DNA of 64,000 bases. Origin: Antedon mediterranea (taxonomy: Eukaryota > Animalia > Echinodermata). A program made the translations under genes and the position numbers. Shown piece by piece: positions 52,382-64,000 of this stretch. Every line of letters starts with the position of its first letter. Positions within the stretch are counted from its first letter, which is position 1. The notes beneath the pieces are model-generated. The model was not told the DNA's origin and made no database searches. It worked only from the letters and a program-made list of their open reading frames with translations. The DNA lies in the NCBI RefSeq assembly GCF_964355755.1, contig NC_092676.1:27918871-27982870 (forward strand), written 5' to 3'.

Positions 52382-55300
52382 TAAGTTCCCACTACAGACG
52401 CAACGCAAGGTGAAAAACGCAGTATGTGTTTGACCAATCACGACGCCATGAAATATCCGAACAGTCGCTTGTGATTGGTCAAATCACGTCGTTTCGCCGT
52501 GTCCAAGTGGAAGGAGTCAAGCTTAAAATAGTCTGCGAAAGTCGATCGTATCAGATTTAGGTTGACAATTTTGGGAGTTGATATTGACAGAAAGTAATAT
52601 ATGAATTGATTTTCTTTTGTAAATGGAAGAGTAATGTAATAATAGTTTATGTTTGTTTATATCTGTCGCGTCTAATTTAATTTAAATGTTCTTTAACATT
52701 TATTTAAATGAAGTGATGAGATTAATGTGAGAATGACAGTAGGACATTGGTGGTTTTTATAACACAATATGATTTACGGTTTTACTTTAAGATTATTATA
52801 TTAAGGATAAAATGGAAAGATGAATTCGTTGTAACAAATAGACATATATTAGTATAATTGAATCATGCAACTCATTTTCACGAGATCTTCAGAAATAAAG
52901 TATTATTTACAAACATAAAACATGACTTGATTATTTTACAGATTATCCTATTATTATAGATTATACAACACTTCGACCAACAAACGGCGGCTTAAAGGGG
53001 AGTTCCGGCCAGGTGTTACGTTGTTATCGTTTATTATAAAATATAAACTTGAAACAACATTGATAACGACTCGGTAAAGCAGAACAAACTCTAGGGAAAC
53101 ACTTTTAAAATGTGAATTATATACGAGTAATAATATTGATCCAGTTTTATTTTACACTGGAATACAGTTTCTTTAATGCTTTGTTCCTAATAGAGAAGCA
53201 ACACAAAAACGTAACGCAACGTAATGGATTTGAGCAATCACAAGCGATGGATGTATTCCACTGTCGCTTGTGATAGGTTAACTCGTTTACGTTCAGTCTA
53301 CGTTCTTGCGTTGCGTCCTAGTGGGAACCAAGCGGACGAACATATTCATTTATTGAGGGCGCCGTCACCAAAATAATTCTACTCTATAATATTATATCTT
53401 ACTCACCAGTTTTCCATTCAAGACACGCTATGGATTATCAATGTAAAGCTTGGTTCCCACTAGAACGTAACGCAAGGACGTAAACGCAATGCAAGCGTTT
53501 TAACCAATGACAAGCGCAGTTATAGACAGTTAGCAATCACATGCGAATAAGCCATCGCTTGTGATTGGTCAATTCACTTGCGTTGCGTTACGTCCCTGCG
53601 TTGCGTCGCTAGTGGGAACCACGCGTAATCAAACCATCGTTACAAATATCTTTCTTTTGTCATCTCTCCCCCCCCCCCCACCAAATATTCAGTAGGAACA
53701 ACGCCACAAGAACAAGACCGTATATGAAGGTGTTTTACTATATCAACTTTAATTGGAAAGCACATTTCTAAAACCAATTGTCCTTTTTTAGACATTTTAT
53801 CATTCTTTATATTCTCATACAAACAGCTAACTATTTCCGGTTTTACAACCTCATGCAAATCATTACCACAAAACTAGTTTTAATCATGTGACGATCTAAA
53901 GCAAGCAATAACAATATTTTGATTTCAATATGTGCCACCAATATCTACAAGCAGCATAAGCTCACTAAACTAAAAACACATTTTCAAATTTGCGTCGCGT
54001 ACATATGGTATCACAACGCTCGTTGTACAGTAGTCTAGGTGGCACGTAGTGAAATTTAAAAACTTTCTAAAAACAATTCATTTGAACAAATCTACACCGA
54101 ATAATCATCAATACTCTTAAAAAGCACCAACACACATTTTGCAAAGTATTCTATACAGTGGAAAAATAGTTTAGATAACTTTATCTAAAAGTAAGCTCTC
54201 TTACTTGATGTAGTTGAGATAATGGATCCATCCCAAAACAAGGACTTTACCAAATCCACGCGCATGTTGGATTCCCACCAATCAAAATGCTCGACACAAA
54301 CACGTTAAAGTGTTTGTAGTGTTCAGTAAAGAAGTTCGTTTACAGCTTTTGAGTCTAACATTCATTATGCACATTTTTCGAAAATTTGCATAAAGGAGCA
54401 AGAAATTCCGACAACCATGGGTACTTAGTTCATGTCAACATACTAACTAGCGAGAGAGCTCAACTAATAAGGTGGGTTGGCCACAGCTTTTACATGAATA
54501 TATAACTACGTCATCATTACATTATTTACAAATTTACCTAAACATTCTTTTGACTTGAGTTTTTAACTTTATAAATGTAACACCAATATCTAATTTTAAA
54601 TTAATTTATATTTTTTTAATGAAAATAAATTTCAAGAATTGATTTGTAAATCATTTTTTTTTTTCAATTATTGACAAATTTTTTTACCTCTCATTATAGT
54701 TTGATTCAAAATATTTTTTTTAAACAACGAATTTTTTAAATTCCTGAGAATTTCCAAGAGGTATATTTTCAAGTGGAAAAAATGAAATAAAAATTTGTTT
54801 TTGAGGACAAAGGTTTATTGTTTTTAACAAACTTACCTACCTACTACAGTACCTCTTAATTTACCAGTGTTAACAGTACAATAGTGGATGTAACTCAATG
54901 ACGTAAGGGCGCCTCATGAAATTTTGTGATTGGTCACTTGAATTATGCCTACGTATGCATTGCGTCCAGGTGGCAGCAAATCTGTATGATAATTCAACCA
55001 AACCAAAATATTAAACCATGGCATTAATGTGTTCACCATAACAGAGAGTAGACTTCTTATCATATATAATTCAACTAAGAAGATGTCTACTATAAAATTA
55101 AATATTAATTAATTTTTAATTTTTTTTTTTCAAATAAAATACACATTACACAAATAAGTAATAAGGCAGTTAAAAGACGATAGAAATGAAAGTTATGTAA
55201 ATTTAGCAAAATCAGTTTCCAAGACAACTGGGATATAAGATATTCTAGATAAAAAAAAAAACCCAGATCTATCAGGCACAAATTAGAATGTCTAGAAAAC

Positions 55301-55864
55301 ATTGGTTTTCTCAGATAAGCACCATAAAACAGGACTCTTTAAAAGAGTATAATTAAAACAATCTATTTTTAATGATTGTCCATTTTTCACATTTAGTTAA
55401 AAACATTTCACCAAGGTGTTTTATCACCAATGTGCTTTTTTAAAACAAACTAAAATCATAGATAATGCATGTATATCTCTTTGAGTTGTAAATCCTTACT
55501 GTTTGTTTGGGCTAATTAATACTTATTTTATTTTGTTCACTCATTATTAAATTGTATAATTAGCGAATATTCGAAAAAAATATATATTCAATTAAATGTC
55601 TTCAACCATTAATTGAAAAACAAAAACGATTTTTAATAATCTGTAAAATTTAAGGTATACAATTTTTTAAATTTATGACAAAAGTTCATGTCATGTCAGA
55701 GTTCAAACACTATAACAACTGTTTATACATACCACCTTTTTAAAGTATTATTACTTACACAGTATTAAAAAACAATGTCAAACGCTAAAGAAATACATTA
55801 GAAATGTGCACATTTGATGTGCACAGGGTACAATGGACAATAAACCTAAATCTACCAATTATTA

Positions 55865-56655
55865 GATTCATGCCTCGCCATATGCGAGGACTATGCCTAG
55901 CCATATGCTAGGACTGTGCCTAGCCATATGCTACAGTAGGACTGTGCCTAGGCAATAAGCTGGGGCTGTGCCTAGGTGATATGCTGGGGCTGTGCCTGGG
56001 TGATATGCTGGGACTGTGCCTAGCCATATGCTACAGTAGGACTGTGCCTAGGCAATAAGCTAGGACTGTGCCTAGCCATATGCTACAGTAGGACTGTGCC
56101 TAGGCAATAAGCTGGGGCTGTGCCTAGGTGATATGCTGGGGCTGTGCCTGGGTGATATGCTGGGACTGTGCCTAGCCATATGCTACAGTAGGACTGTGCC
56201 TAGGCAATAAGCTAGGACTGTGGCTAGCCATATGCTAGGACTGTGCCTAGGCAATAAGCTGGGGCTGTGCCTAGGTGATATGCTGGGGCTGTGCCTAGGT
56301 GATATGCTGGGACTGTGCCTAGCCATATGCTAGGACTGTGCCTAGGCAATAAGCTGGGGCTGTGCCTAGGTGATATGCTGGGGCTGTGCCTGGGTCGATA
56401 TAAGGCCGTGCCTAGGCGATATGCTAGGGCTGTGTTTAGGCGAAATGTTAGGACTGTGCATAGGCGATCTACCAATTACTAGATTCATGCCTAGGAATAC
56501 ACTAGGGCTCCGCATGGGCGATACAAGGTTGTGCATAGGCGATATACTAGGGCTGAGCCTAGGTGAAATTCTAGGGCTGAGCCTAAGTGATATGCTAGGT
56601 ATATACCTACGTGATATGCCATAATGTCTGTACCACCTAGGTGATACGCTAGGTT
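55865..56655. repeat. GC-rich 23-24 bp minisatellite with higher-order structure
   Basis: Units CTRGGRCTGTGCCTAGS..ATATG; a 152-bp block is repeated (55931-56234); units decay toward 56655. Confidence 0.95.
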
Positions 56656-56939
56656 CAGACAATATTAGTAAATGTGTAGTTTTACAATGTTAATGTACAC
56701 CGCCCTCAGCTGCTAGTTTTTGTAATGTTCAGTTGAACTAATTTTATCGCAATCAAATCAAAATAATACAAAAATTAGAATTTAATCTAAAATTGAAAAT
56801 TTATTGTAGATGAATGTTTTTCCTTTGACATGCAAAAACACCTCCATTATCTCATTCAATTTAACTATACAAATATTATTGAAACTTTTATCATCATTGT
56901 AAAACAATAAGAAAAATGAGACAATACTTGAGACTTTCA

Positions 56940-59900
56940 TTAGTTAGTGCCGACACTTATGACCCCTGGTGATGACTGACTGTCGACCTTTTGAGGCGAC
57001 GATTCCTTGATTACTTCCTGTGTCGCCAGTGTATCTGTTTTTGGAGATTCTTTGACTTCATCTGACATCACATCAGACTGTCCATTTGTTACTTCAGGTT
57101 CCTACAAGGTTATAAATAATTTTTTAGTTATAATTATAACAACTAAAGCTCTGTCTACACTATCATACCACTAAGATATTTGGCCATATTACACTTTTTT
57201 TGTCAAATTAGTTTGATAGTGTAGACAGAGTTTAAAGGACAACTTGACCAAGGACCATACTTTTACAACGTATTAGGGATGTACATATGATTTCAGAACA
57301 ACAGTGAGATTAAGGATATTGCCGCACGCACTCGCCGTACAGCCGTCCCCGTAAATTGCTGTGACGTCACATGTGCATTGCAAAATCTACTTAATGAGTC
57401 CAGATAAGCAAAAGAAACAATAGAAAAATCAACATTTATATTTTTTTACGATTTATTTACAAAGTGTGTTTACTAGAAATGTTCGCGAATTGACAGACTT
57501 TGCCAGAAAACTCATAACGTAAATTTTGCGATGCACACACCTGTGACGTCACAGGCAATTATCATTAATCTTGCGATTGTTCTGAAATCATATGTACATC
57601 CCTAATACGTTGTAAAAATATAGTCCTCAGTCAAGTTGTCCTTTAAGGCTACAGTACAGTATTACACATGCTTTTTTTTCTGATATTAATAAATAACATA
57701 AAAAACTCTGTGTACAATATCAATCTTTATTTGACAAAAAAATGTGATGTGCCCATATACGGACATGATGATGTCATATCACTACCATATTTGGGCGTTT
57801 TTTTTACCACATCATACCTTTTTTTGTCAAACTGGTTTGATAGTGTACACAGAGCTTAATTCTAACAGAATTTGCTTGCATAAACATGATGTACATAAAA
57901 GCTACCAAGTTGGTACCTAAAGTAAATACTAAGACTTACTTTTGTTTCCTGTACAGCTTTCACGTCATTTTCTGTACTTTCTCCAGTTGCTGGGTTTTTT
58001 GTCTCATTAGTTAATACTGCTAGCTCTGCTATGTAAAAAAAAAGATTTCAAACTATAGAGGGCGCCATTGTAGATTCAAAATAAACAAGCATTAATTTAT
58101 TAGCATAATTTTGACCCATCTAGCATTTATGCTCGGCGTAATTTTAGAAAATCTAGCATAATCTCAAAACCCAATTATAAAGCATCTTTACTATGGTACA
58201 AAAAACAAAAACATACACCGCCCGCTGATACGTTGTTTTTGTGCCATTTTGTTCATAATTATGCCTAGCATAATTTTGTATCCATCGCTGGTCATACTGT
58301 GTAGGTGAAAGAGTAATACTATAGGCAACATGGACACATATAAGGACAGTGATGCAATAATATTTTCATAAAAATTGAAAAAAAGACTAAAAATATATAC
58401 CTGGTGTAACAGTAGGTTCATCTTTCTTAACCTCTGTTTGTTCCTTTGTTTGTTCTGTCTCAACTATAAAACAAAGTAATTTAAAAAACATTATCAAAAC
58501 GATTTTGTTTATCATCATAATTAATATTTATTGTAGAAATGCCACTAGATTTCTTTCTAAACAAAATCTCAATAAATCTACGTTTGTAGGGAAACTTATG
58601 TTCAGAATTCTGTTCTCCAAACTATTTTTAAAGGTCTTTGAGAACTACAACTTTCACAATACCTGGTTTTGCCTCTTTTACAGCTTCTTTAACAGTGCCA
58701 TCTTGTTGTTTTGGTTCTTCAGGTGTATCCTCCTTGGCCGATTCAACAACCTTTTTTACTGCAGGTGGTTCACTAGCTGTTGATTTCTCTTCAGTGTTAG
58801 CCTTAGAATCAGGCTCAACAGTGCTAGACTTGACTGGGCTAGTTTTTGCAGAGCTAGTCTTGGCTGGGCTACTTTTTGCAGGGCTAGACTTGACTGGGCT
58901 AGGCTTGGCAGGGCTAGCCTTGACAGGGCTAGGCTTGGCTGGGCTAGTCTTTGCTGGGCTAATTTTGGCAGGCTTCTCAATTTCTTGGACTGTACTGGTT
59001 TCTTGTGGTTTTTCTTCCTTTGCAACATCAGATGTGTCCATGGCTTGTTCAGCAACTGCTGGTTTTGCATCATCACTTGGTGGGGTTATTTTTATTGATG
59101 GACATTCAATGGGAGCTGTTGGAATGAGAAAGTCATTATACAAAAATAAGTAAGTATAATAAGTATATGCTCTGTTGACAAAAGAAGTGTGATGTACCCA
59201 TATGGTAGTGATATGACATCATCATGGCCCTAAACAGCGAACGCTGACAATCAAGGGGCCCTCATAATGAGTTATAAGTGTGTATACTAGTACACTGGGA
59301 TAACTTGTCTCGAAAGATGTACTAGGTTCTTTAAAATGCACATGAGCAAGTACCTTCTTTGTGTTCCTCTTCTGTTTCCATTTTTTCTTCCTCTCCTGAT
59401 TCCAAAGCAGGTGCATCTTTTCCACTTTCCTTTGCTCCATCCGCTGAAAGGACATTTTATTATATAATATAGTAACATTGCATATCCAACAGCTAGAATG
59501 GATATTTTAATCCATGCTGCCTAAGTACTCATTGAGAAGCTTAGGTAGTGACACGGTTTGGCCATTAAAACAAGACTCAACATTTTAACCCATGATTTTG
59601 AGATTAGCCAACAAGAGTGTGTAGCATAACATCATTTTGTTTTGTTTTTTTTTAACTAAAAAAAGGCAAATGACAAACCTATATCTCCAGAGGGGCCAGC
59701 ATCAGTGTCTGCCTGATCTTCCTCTTCATCTTTTTCAACCACTTCTTCCTTATTTCTTGCACTTCTTCTACCTCTCTTACTGGTTGGGGTTACATTGTCT
59801 TCCGATTTTCGTTTTTTCCCCCTCTTTTGTGATGTTGGTGTTTTAGGGCTGGCTTTTGCAGGTGACTTAACTGGGGTCCTGACACGGGTTCTACCAGATG

Positions 59901-60039
59901 GGGATTTTGTTGTTTCGGCAACAGTCTTGGAAGAGCGAGGTGGTGTGGCCTCTTCTTTAGCCAACGAGGCGATTCTGGAGCTACGACGTGACCCTGATGC
60001 TGGGCTTTGCGATGCTTCACGGGGCGATTTTCGAGGCAT
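56940..60039 (-). CDS. Uncharacterised ~405-aa intrinsically disordered protein (basic N-terminus, SPxK repeats, PxIxIT, acidic C-terminus), 6 exons
   Basis: Exons 59679-60039, 59354-59443, 58663-59115, 58401-58463, 57940-58028 and 56940-57101 have GT-AG ends with compatible phases (1218 nt, no internal stop). Probable non-coding first exon ending at ~60687; AATAAA on - at ~56800. Confidence 0.8.
57236..57642. mobile_element. Kolobok/T2-type MITE with ~65 bp TIRs
   Basis: TTAA|AGGACAACTTGAC..TTTTACAACGTATTAGGGATGTACATATGATTTCAGAACAA ... TTGTTCTGAAATCATATGTACATCCCTAATACGTTGTAAAA..GTCAAGTTGTCCT|TTAA. Confidence 0.88.
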
Positions 60040-61327
60040 ATCCACTTAGATAGGCCTAAAAATAAATTTAGAAATAGAAGAACAGGCATAGCCTATATGT
60101 TTAAACAGTAGCTTGGTTTATACAGGATAGGTAGTCCCTTCAATATGAATATAATACCCATAGGCCTTAATTCATGTGGTTTGCCTACTGCCTACTCTAT
60201 CTAGACTAGGCCTACAAAACAAAACGATTCAACATCATCAAACAAGCAAGTAACAAAAAAAGGCCTAGAAGCTAGGGCCTAGCCCTACACAACATACAAC
60301 AAACATTAATTTTTAATATTTATATAATAATTATTAGTATTTATTATAAAAATTATGTTTAACTTTAGACAAACTAAACATGCAATATAAGAATACATTA
60401 CAAACTGCATACTGTTTAGCTAGATAATTTCATAAGCTAGTCCCACCTAGCTAGGCCCTAGTCTAGCTAGCTAGGCTCGAGTCATAATCATATAAAAAAT
60501 GCCTGCCTCTCAACGTTCCGGTTCGCGGACAAAAACGTGTGATGGCACTGTCTTGTCTGCTTTTCATTATAAATTTGAAATAAAAACATTCATGTTCTTA
60601 TCTGAATACAGTCCATTAGAATGTATTATACTCCTAATTTAACTTATTAAATACACACAAAATAACTAATTTATAATCAATCATACCTTTAATATGTTGA
60701 AAAAGTCGTTAATCAACTTAGAAACCCAATATTTAACTATTTTTTTCGATACAACCGATCAACAAAAATCACCCAGGAACACACGCCGCCTCGCTTTCAT
60801 CCAGATGACATTCGACCTTCACTTCACTTATCTACCTCCCTCTACAGCTTTGGTTTACTTCCAACTTTTCCGCCGATGTGCCTTATTATATTAAAGATTG
60901 GCTGTATATCTTTGGATGCAACTCTTTCAGTTTTTACTTTTTTTTTTACCTAAGCCCATGCCTATTTCCTGTTTTATACGTATCATACGCCTTACTGACT
61001 TTCAAAACGATACCATTGCTAAAAATTATGGTTTTTAGACAAGGTCCACTCCAAAAATGATTATGCAATATTATTTTTTCTTGTGCTTAATTAGAAGAGG
61101 GGTAAAAACCTGTGTTTTACAGCAGAACTTGGTTGGTAAACGAAAATGAATAAAGGGATTTACACACAAACAATAGCCCTATATTAACCCTAAATCAGAA
61201 ATTCGTTCTTGCCATTGTTTCATTAGTTAACAAAAGTGTACTACTACAGTATGTGATTAACTGGATCTCAACAGTATTATATTTATATATATATTATTTT
61301 TTTTATCAAAACCAATTGACATCAAAA

Positions 61328-61427
61328 TTCATTCGTCCACACAGACATATTCCTGGAGAGTTTAAACCCGCGCATGCGTGCTACCACCATCTGATACAAA
61401 CTTACTGTCTGACGTATGCGCGATAAT
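61328..61427 (+). pseudogene. Decayed copy of WSC-gene exon 3
   Basis: TCCTGGAG..CCGCGCATGCGTGC.AC.ACCATCTGAT.C.AA.TTACTGTCTG..GCGATAA aligns to 63163-63245 with indels. Confidence 0.6.
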
Positions 61428-61708
61428 TTGTTTTATCATCTTCTCCTCGAAGTTTGGCTTCCCGATGAGCTATAATACTTGAATTGGTGGTGCAGATTGG
61501 ATATTTACAGTATAGCCTAATCGATGATCTATTTTTATTCAGAGCGTTTCTACCCAAGTGGAAAACAACCCGCATTGTGACTTTTTCTTTTTGTGTAAAA
61601 TTTACATAACAAAGGATGTGCCAAGAAGACGACAAAGGAATAATCAAAGTATTATATTAAGCTCTTGTTACTTGTACTTACTCGACATAACACGTTTATA
61701 GACCTACG

Positions 61709-63844
61709 ATGAAGGTGTTTAGCATTAGGTAAGTATACATGCCTAACATTTTCTGATTCAGAATGATATATATTGTGTATTTTTTTCTTTTTGTGGCGTA
61801 AACACCACTCTTGTATTCACATTATCAACATAACATATTCATATTATTTTCATTATTATTATTATATTTTATAATGTTTTTTATCACTTACAGTTTGATC
61901 AATTACTTCATCATGGCATACTCTCCATGGTATAACATTTTAAATTTTGTAATTTTAAATTGTTCATATTTCTTTATACTCGATCCATATTACCTCTTTT
62001 TTTTTTCTCGTGAACTTTTCTATTCTACCGGTACACACAGCAGAAGTAACGGTTTAAAAAGCAAAACACAAGTTAAAATAATCGGATGATATACCTTTTT
62101 TTAAATTTTTCTTATGCGCTTAAAACAAATTATACATACATAGGCCTATACATTATAACATTTATTTCTCTTTTCTTTTCTATGTACAAAGTTTGTGATT
62201 AATTAATTAGAAATAAGAGGGACAAAACCTAAAAAGCGAAAACTTGTGAAGGGCTGCCTAAAATGTAAAAAAAAATAAGGTACAATTTTATCGTGTTGAC
62301 ATCGTATAGGCACTTATTCGTCAGTCGAGAGCCCTGAACTTTGGCTATCTATTTTAATAGTAAGAGTAATGATACACACATATTATATGAATTGCATTAT
62401 GTTTTTTGTTTTTACAGACCACATCGTCGACTGAGGGTATTTGCATTACTTGTTCTTCTTGGAATATCAATACGGATTATTTCTAAGTTAGCGTTGTTTT
62501 CACGTGATCTTCGACGCATTCGGTCACCAAAAATTAATACAATACACACATTTTATCCATCAAAAAACGACACTGGAATTATTGAATGTGAGTTAATATT
62601 CCATTTTTGTCTTTAGTTAATAGGTTTAGAGGAAGGAATGTTTTGCCTTATTTTCCTTCTGAACCGAATTAGTAACGAATTAGTAACGAATTAGTAACGA
62701 ATTAGTAACGAATTAGTAACGAATTAGTAACGAATTTGAGGGACCAAATTGACTGTGTCACACGGAAATGAATGGATAGTAGGCTCATGGAGGTATAATT
62801 TTTATACCTCCATGGTAGGCCTAAAGACCACCACTATATACTAGACCCCATTACTGTAAAGTCAGCGCCCTTGAACGCCTTTTCCATTACTTTGAATCAT
62901 AAGCCCTTTCTTTGTCAATTGTTTTGATTTGTAATTTCACTCTTCCCTGGTTTTTTATAGTCGGCGTTTAGATTTTATGAAAATCAAGTATCGTACATAT
63001 GAAACGCCATGTGTGCCAAAAAATCTGTTACTAATATTAAGTCGAATCACAATCTAAAATACCTACACTGTGTATTTTACCTAATATCTGTTTATCAACT
63101 CCAATTTACATCAATTTTCTATACTTTTATCTTCTAATAAAGTTAATGGTAAAACATGGATGTCATTCACGGACATCGACAGTCCTGGAGTGTACCGCGC
63201 ATGCGTGCCACGACCATCTGATGCCAAGTTACTGTCTGCGATAACTGGCGGTATAATAGAGGACAACCAAGGAATGACCATTATTTATTGTCTATCATTA
63301 TGCATTGATCGAGTGAGTACGGTACATTCTTTAATATTTATCCATCGCTTGTGATTGGGCAACTCGCTTACTTTGCGCTTACGTCCTTGCGTTGCGTTCT
63401 AGTGGGAACCAAGCTTTAATTTCCACTAAGGACGCAATGCAAGGACGTAACGCAAACGTAAGTGATTTGACTAATCACAAGCGATGGATTATTCGAACAG
63501 TGGCTTGTCATTGGTCAACTCGCGTTGCGCGTACGTCCTTGAGTTGCGTCTCTAGTGGGAACCACGCTTAAGTGAGATCCAAGCCGGCCGCCGTAGATCC
63601 TAAGCATAATAATGAGTAATAAAATTGTATGCAATAAAAGTAAACTTTTGTTTTTAGGGGTATACATATACTGCACTAGGAAGAGGAACCCAGTGTCTAT
63701 GTGGTAACATCCAAGATAAAGACAGCGAACTATATTTAGGAGACTACCAAGATAGCAGGTTTTGTGACACGCCCTGTGGTGGTGAGGCGCATTACAGCTG
63801 TGGTGGCAGACATTATTTATCTATCTACCGCACAAGTGTTCCAG
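61709..63844 (+). CDS. Type II membrane WSC-domain protein (WSCD-like), 5' partial, continues beyond the window
   Basis: Exons 61709-61728, 62418-62587, 63143-63312 and 63658-63844 splice in frame: MKVFSIRPHRRLRVFALLVLLGISI..YRACV..MTIIYCLSLCIDR|GYTYTALGRGTQCLCGN..FCDTPCGGEAHYSCGGRHYLSIYR (WSC cysteine pattern). Confidence 0.82.
62667..62735. repeat. 11-bp tandem GAATTAGTAAC x6
   Basis: Perfect repeats visible in WSC-gene intron 2. Confidence 0.9.
62786..62814. mobile_element. 29-bp hairpin with 6/7 TSD (putative P-element footprint)
   Basis: GTAGGCT|CATGGAGGTATAA-TTT-TTATACCTCCATG|GTAGGCC; same arms as 15205. Confidence 0.68.
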
Positions 63845-64000
63845 GTTAGTACATTTAGTATTATTTAGTGGCATAAACAGTGTCCATGAAATGCTATTGC
63901 CAATCATGCACGATAAAACCCATAGAATTAGTACAATAACTGTTTTATACACTTTTGATAAGTTTTGTTTTTCCGGTTCGATGATTGTAGTGCTAAACTC

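Noticed and set aside
52992-53176. Fourth Kolobok-type element starting TTAAAGGGGAGTTCCGG
   Set aside because: No matching right TIR found.
56224-56662. PRHSPSIS-repeat ORFs
   Set aside because: They arise from the 24-bp minisatellite; frames break at 23/29-bp units and there is no splice or start support.
58061-58078. CTCF-like site (TAGAGGGCGCC)
   Set aside because: Only a partial motif match; not distinguishable from chance without a PWM scan or ChIP data.
58638-59153. 171-aa hydrophobic plus-strand ORF with GLDLTGL repeats
   Set aside because: Antisense shadow of the SPxK exon.

Overview
AT-rich animal (probably invertebrate) genomic DNA with spliceosomal introns. I reconstructed eight protein-coding genes by hand from splice sites and recognisable protein motifs: synaptojanin (-), ILVBL/HACL2 (+), two head-to-head chitobiase (CTBS) paralogues (-/+), ATG101 (-), an N-terminal RASSF (RASSF9/10-like, +), an orphan ~405-aa disordered SPxK-repeat protein with a PxIxIT motif (-), and the 5' part of a type II membrane WSC-domain gene (+). 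Non-coding DNA is dense in small transposon derivatives: two PIF/Harbinger-like MITE families (about 24 and 10 copies), three TTAA/AG..CT Kolobok-type elements, two tRNA-derived SINE families and Penelope-type fragments. The most notable observations are (1) seven 21-36 bp CAKG..CMTG hairpins, five with 7-8 bp target duplications, that look like P-element excision footprints; (2) a minimal hammerhead ribozyme in sense orientation in the last ATG101 intron; (3) two Kolobok-type elements inserted exactly at TTAA sites created by MITE ends; (4) a CTBS paralogue pair showing patchy homogenisation and a diverged substrate-side loop. All calls are manual, no database searches were run, and exon edges may be off by a few bases.
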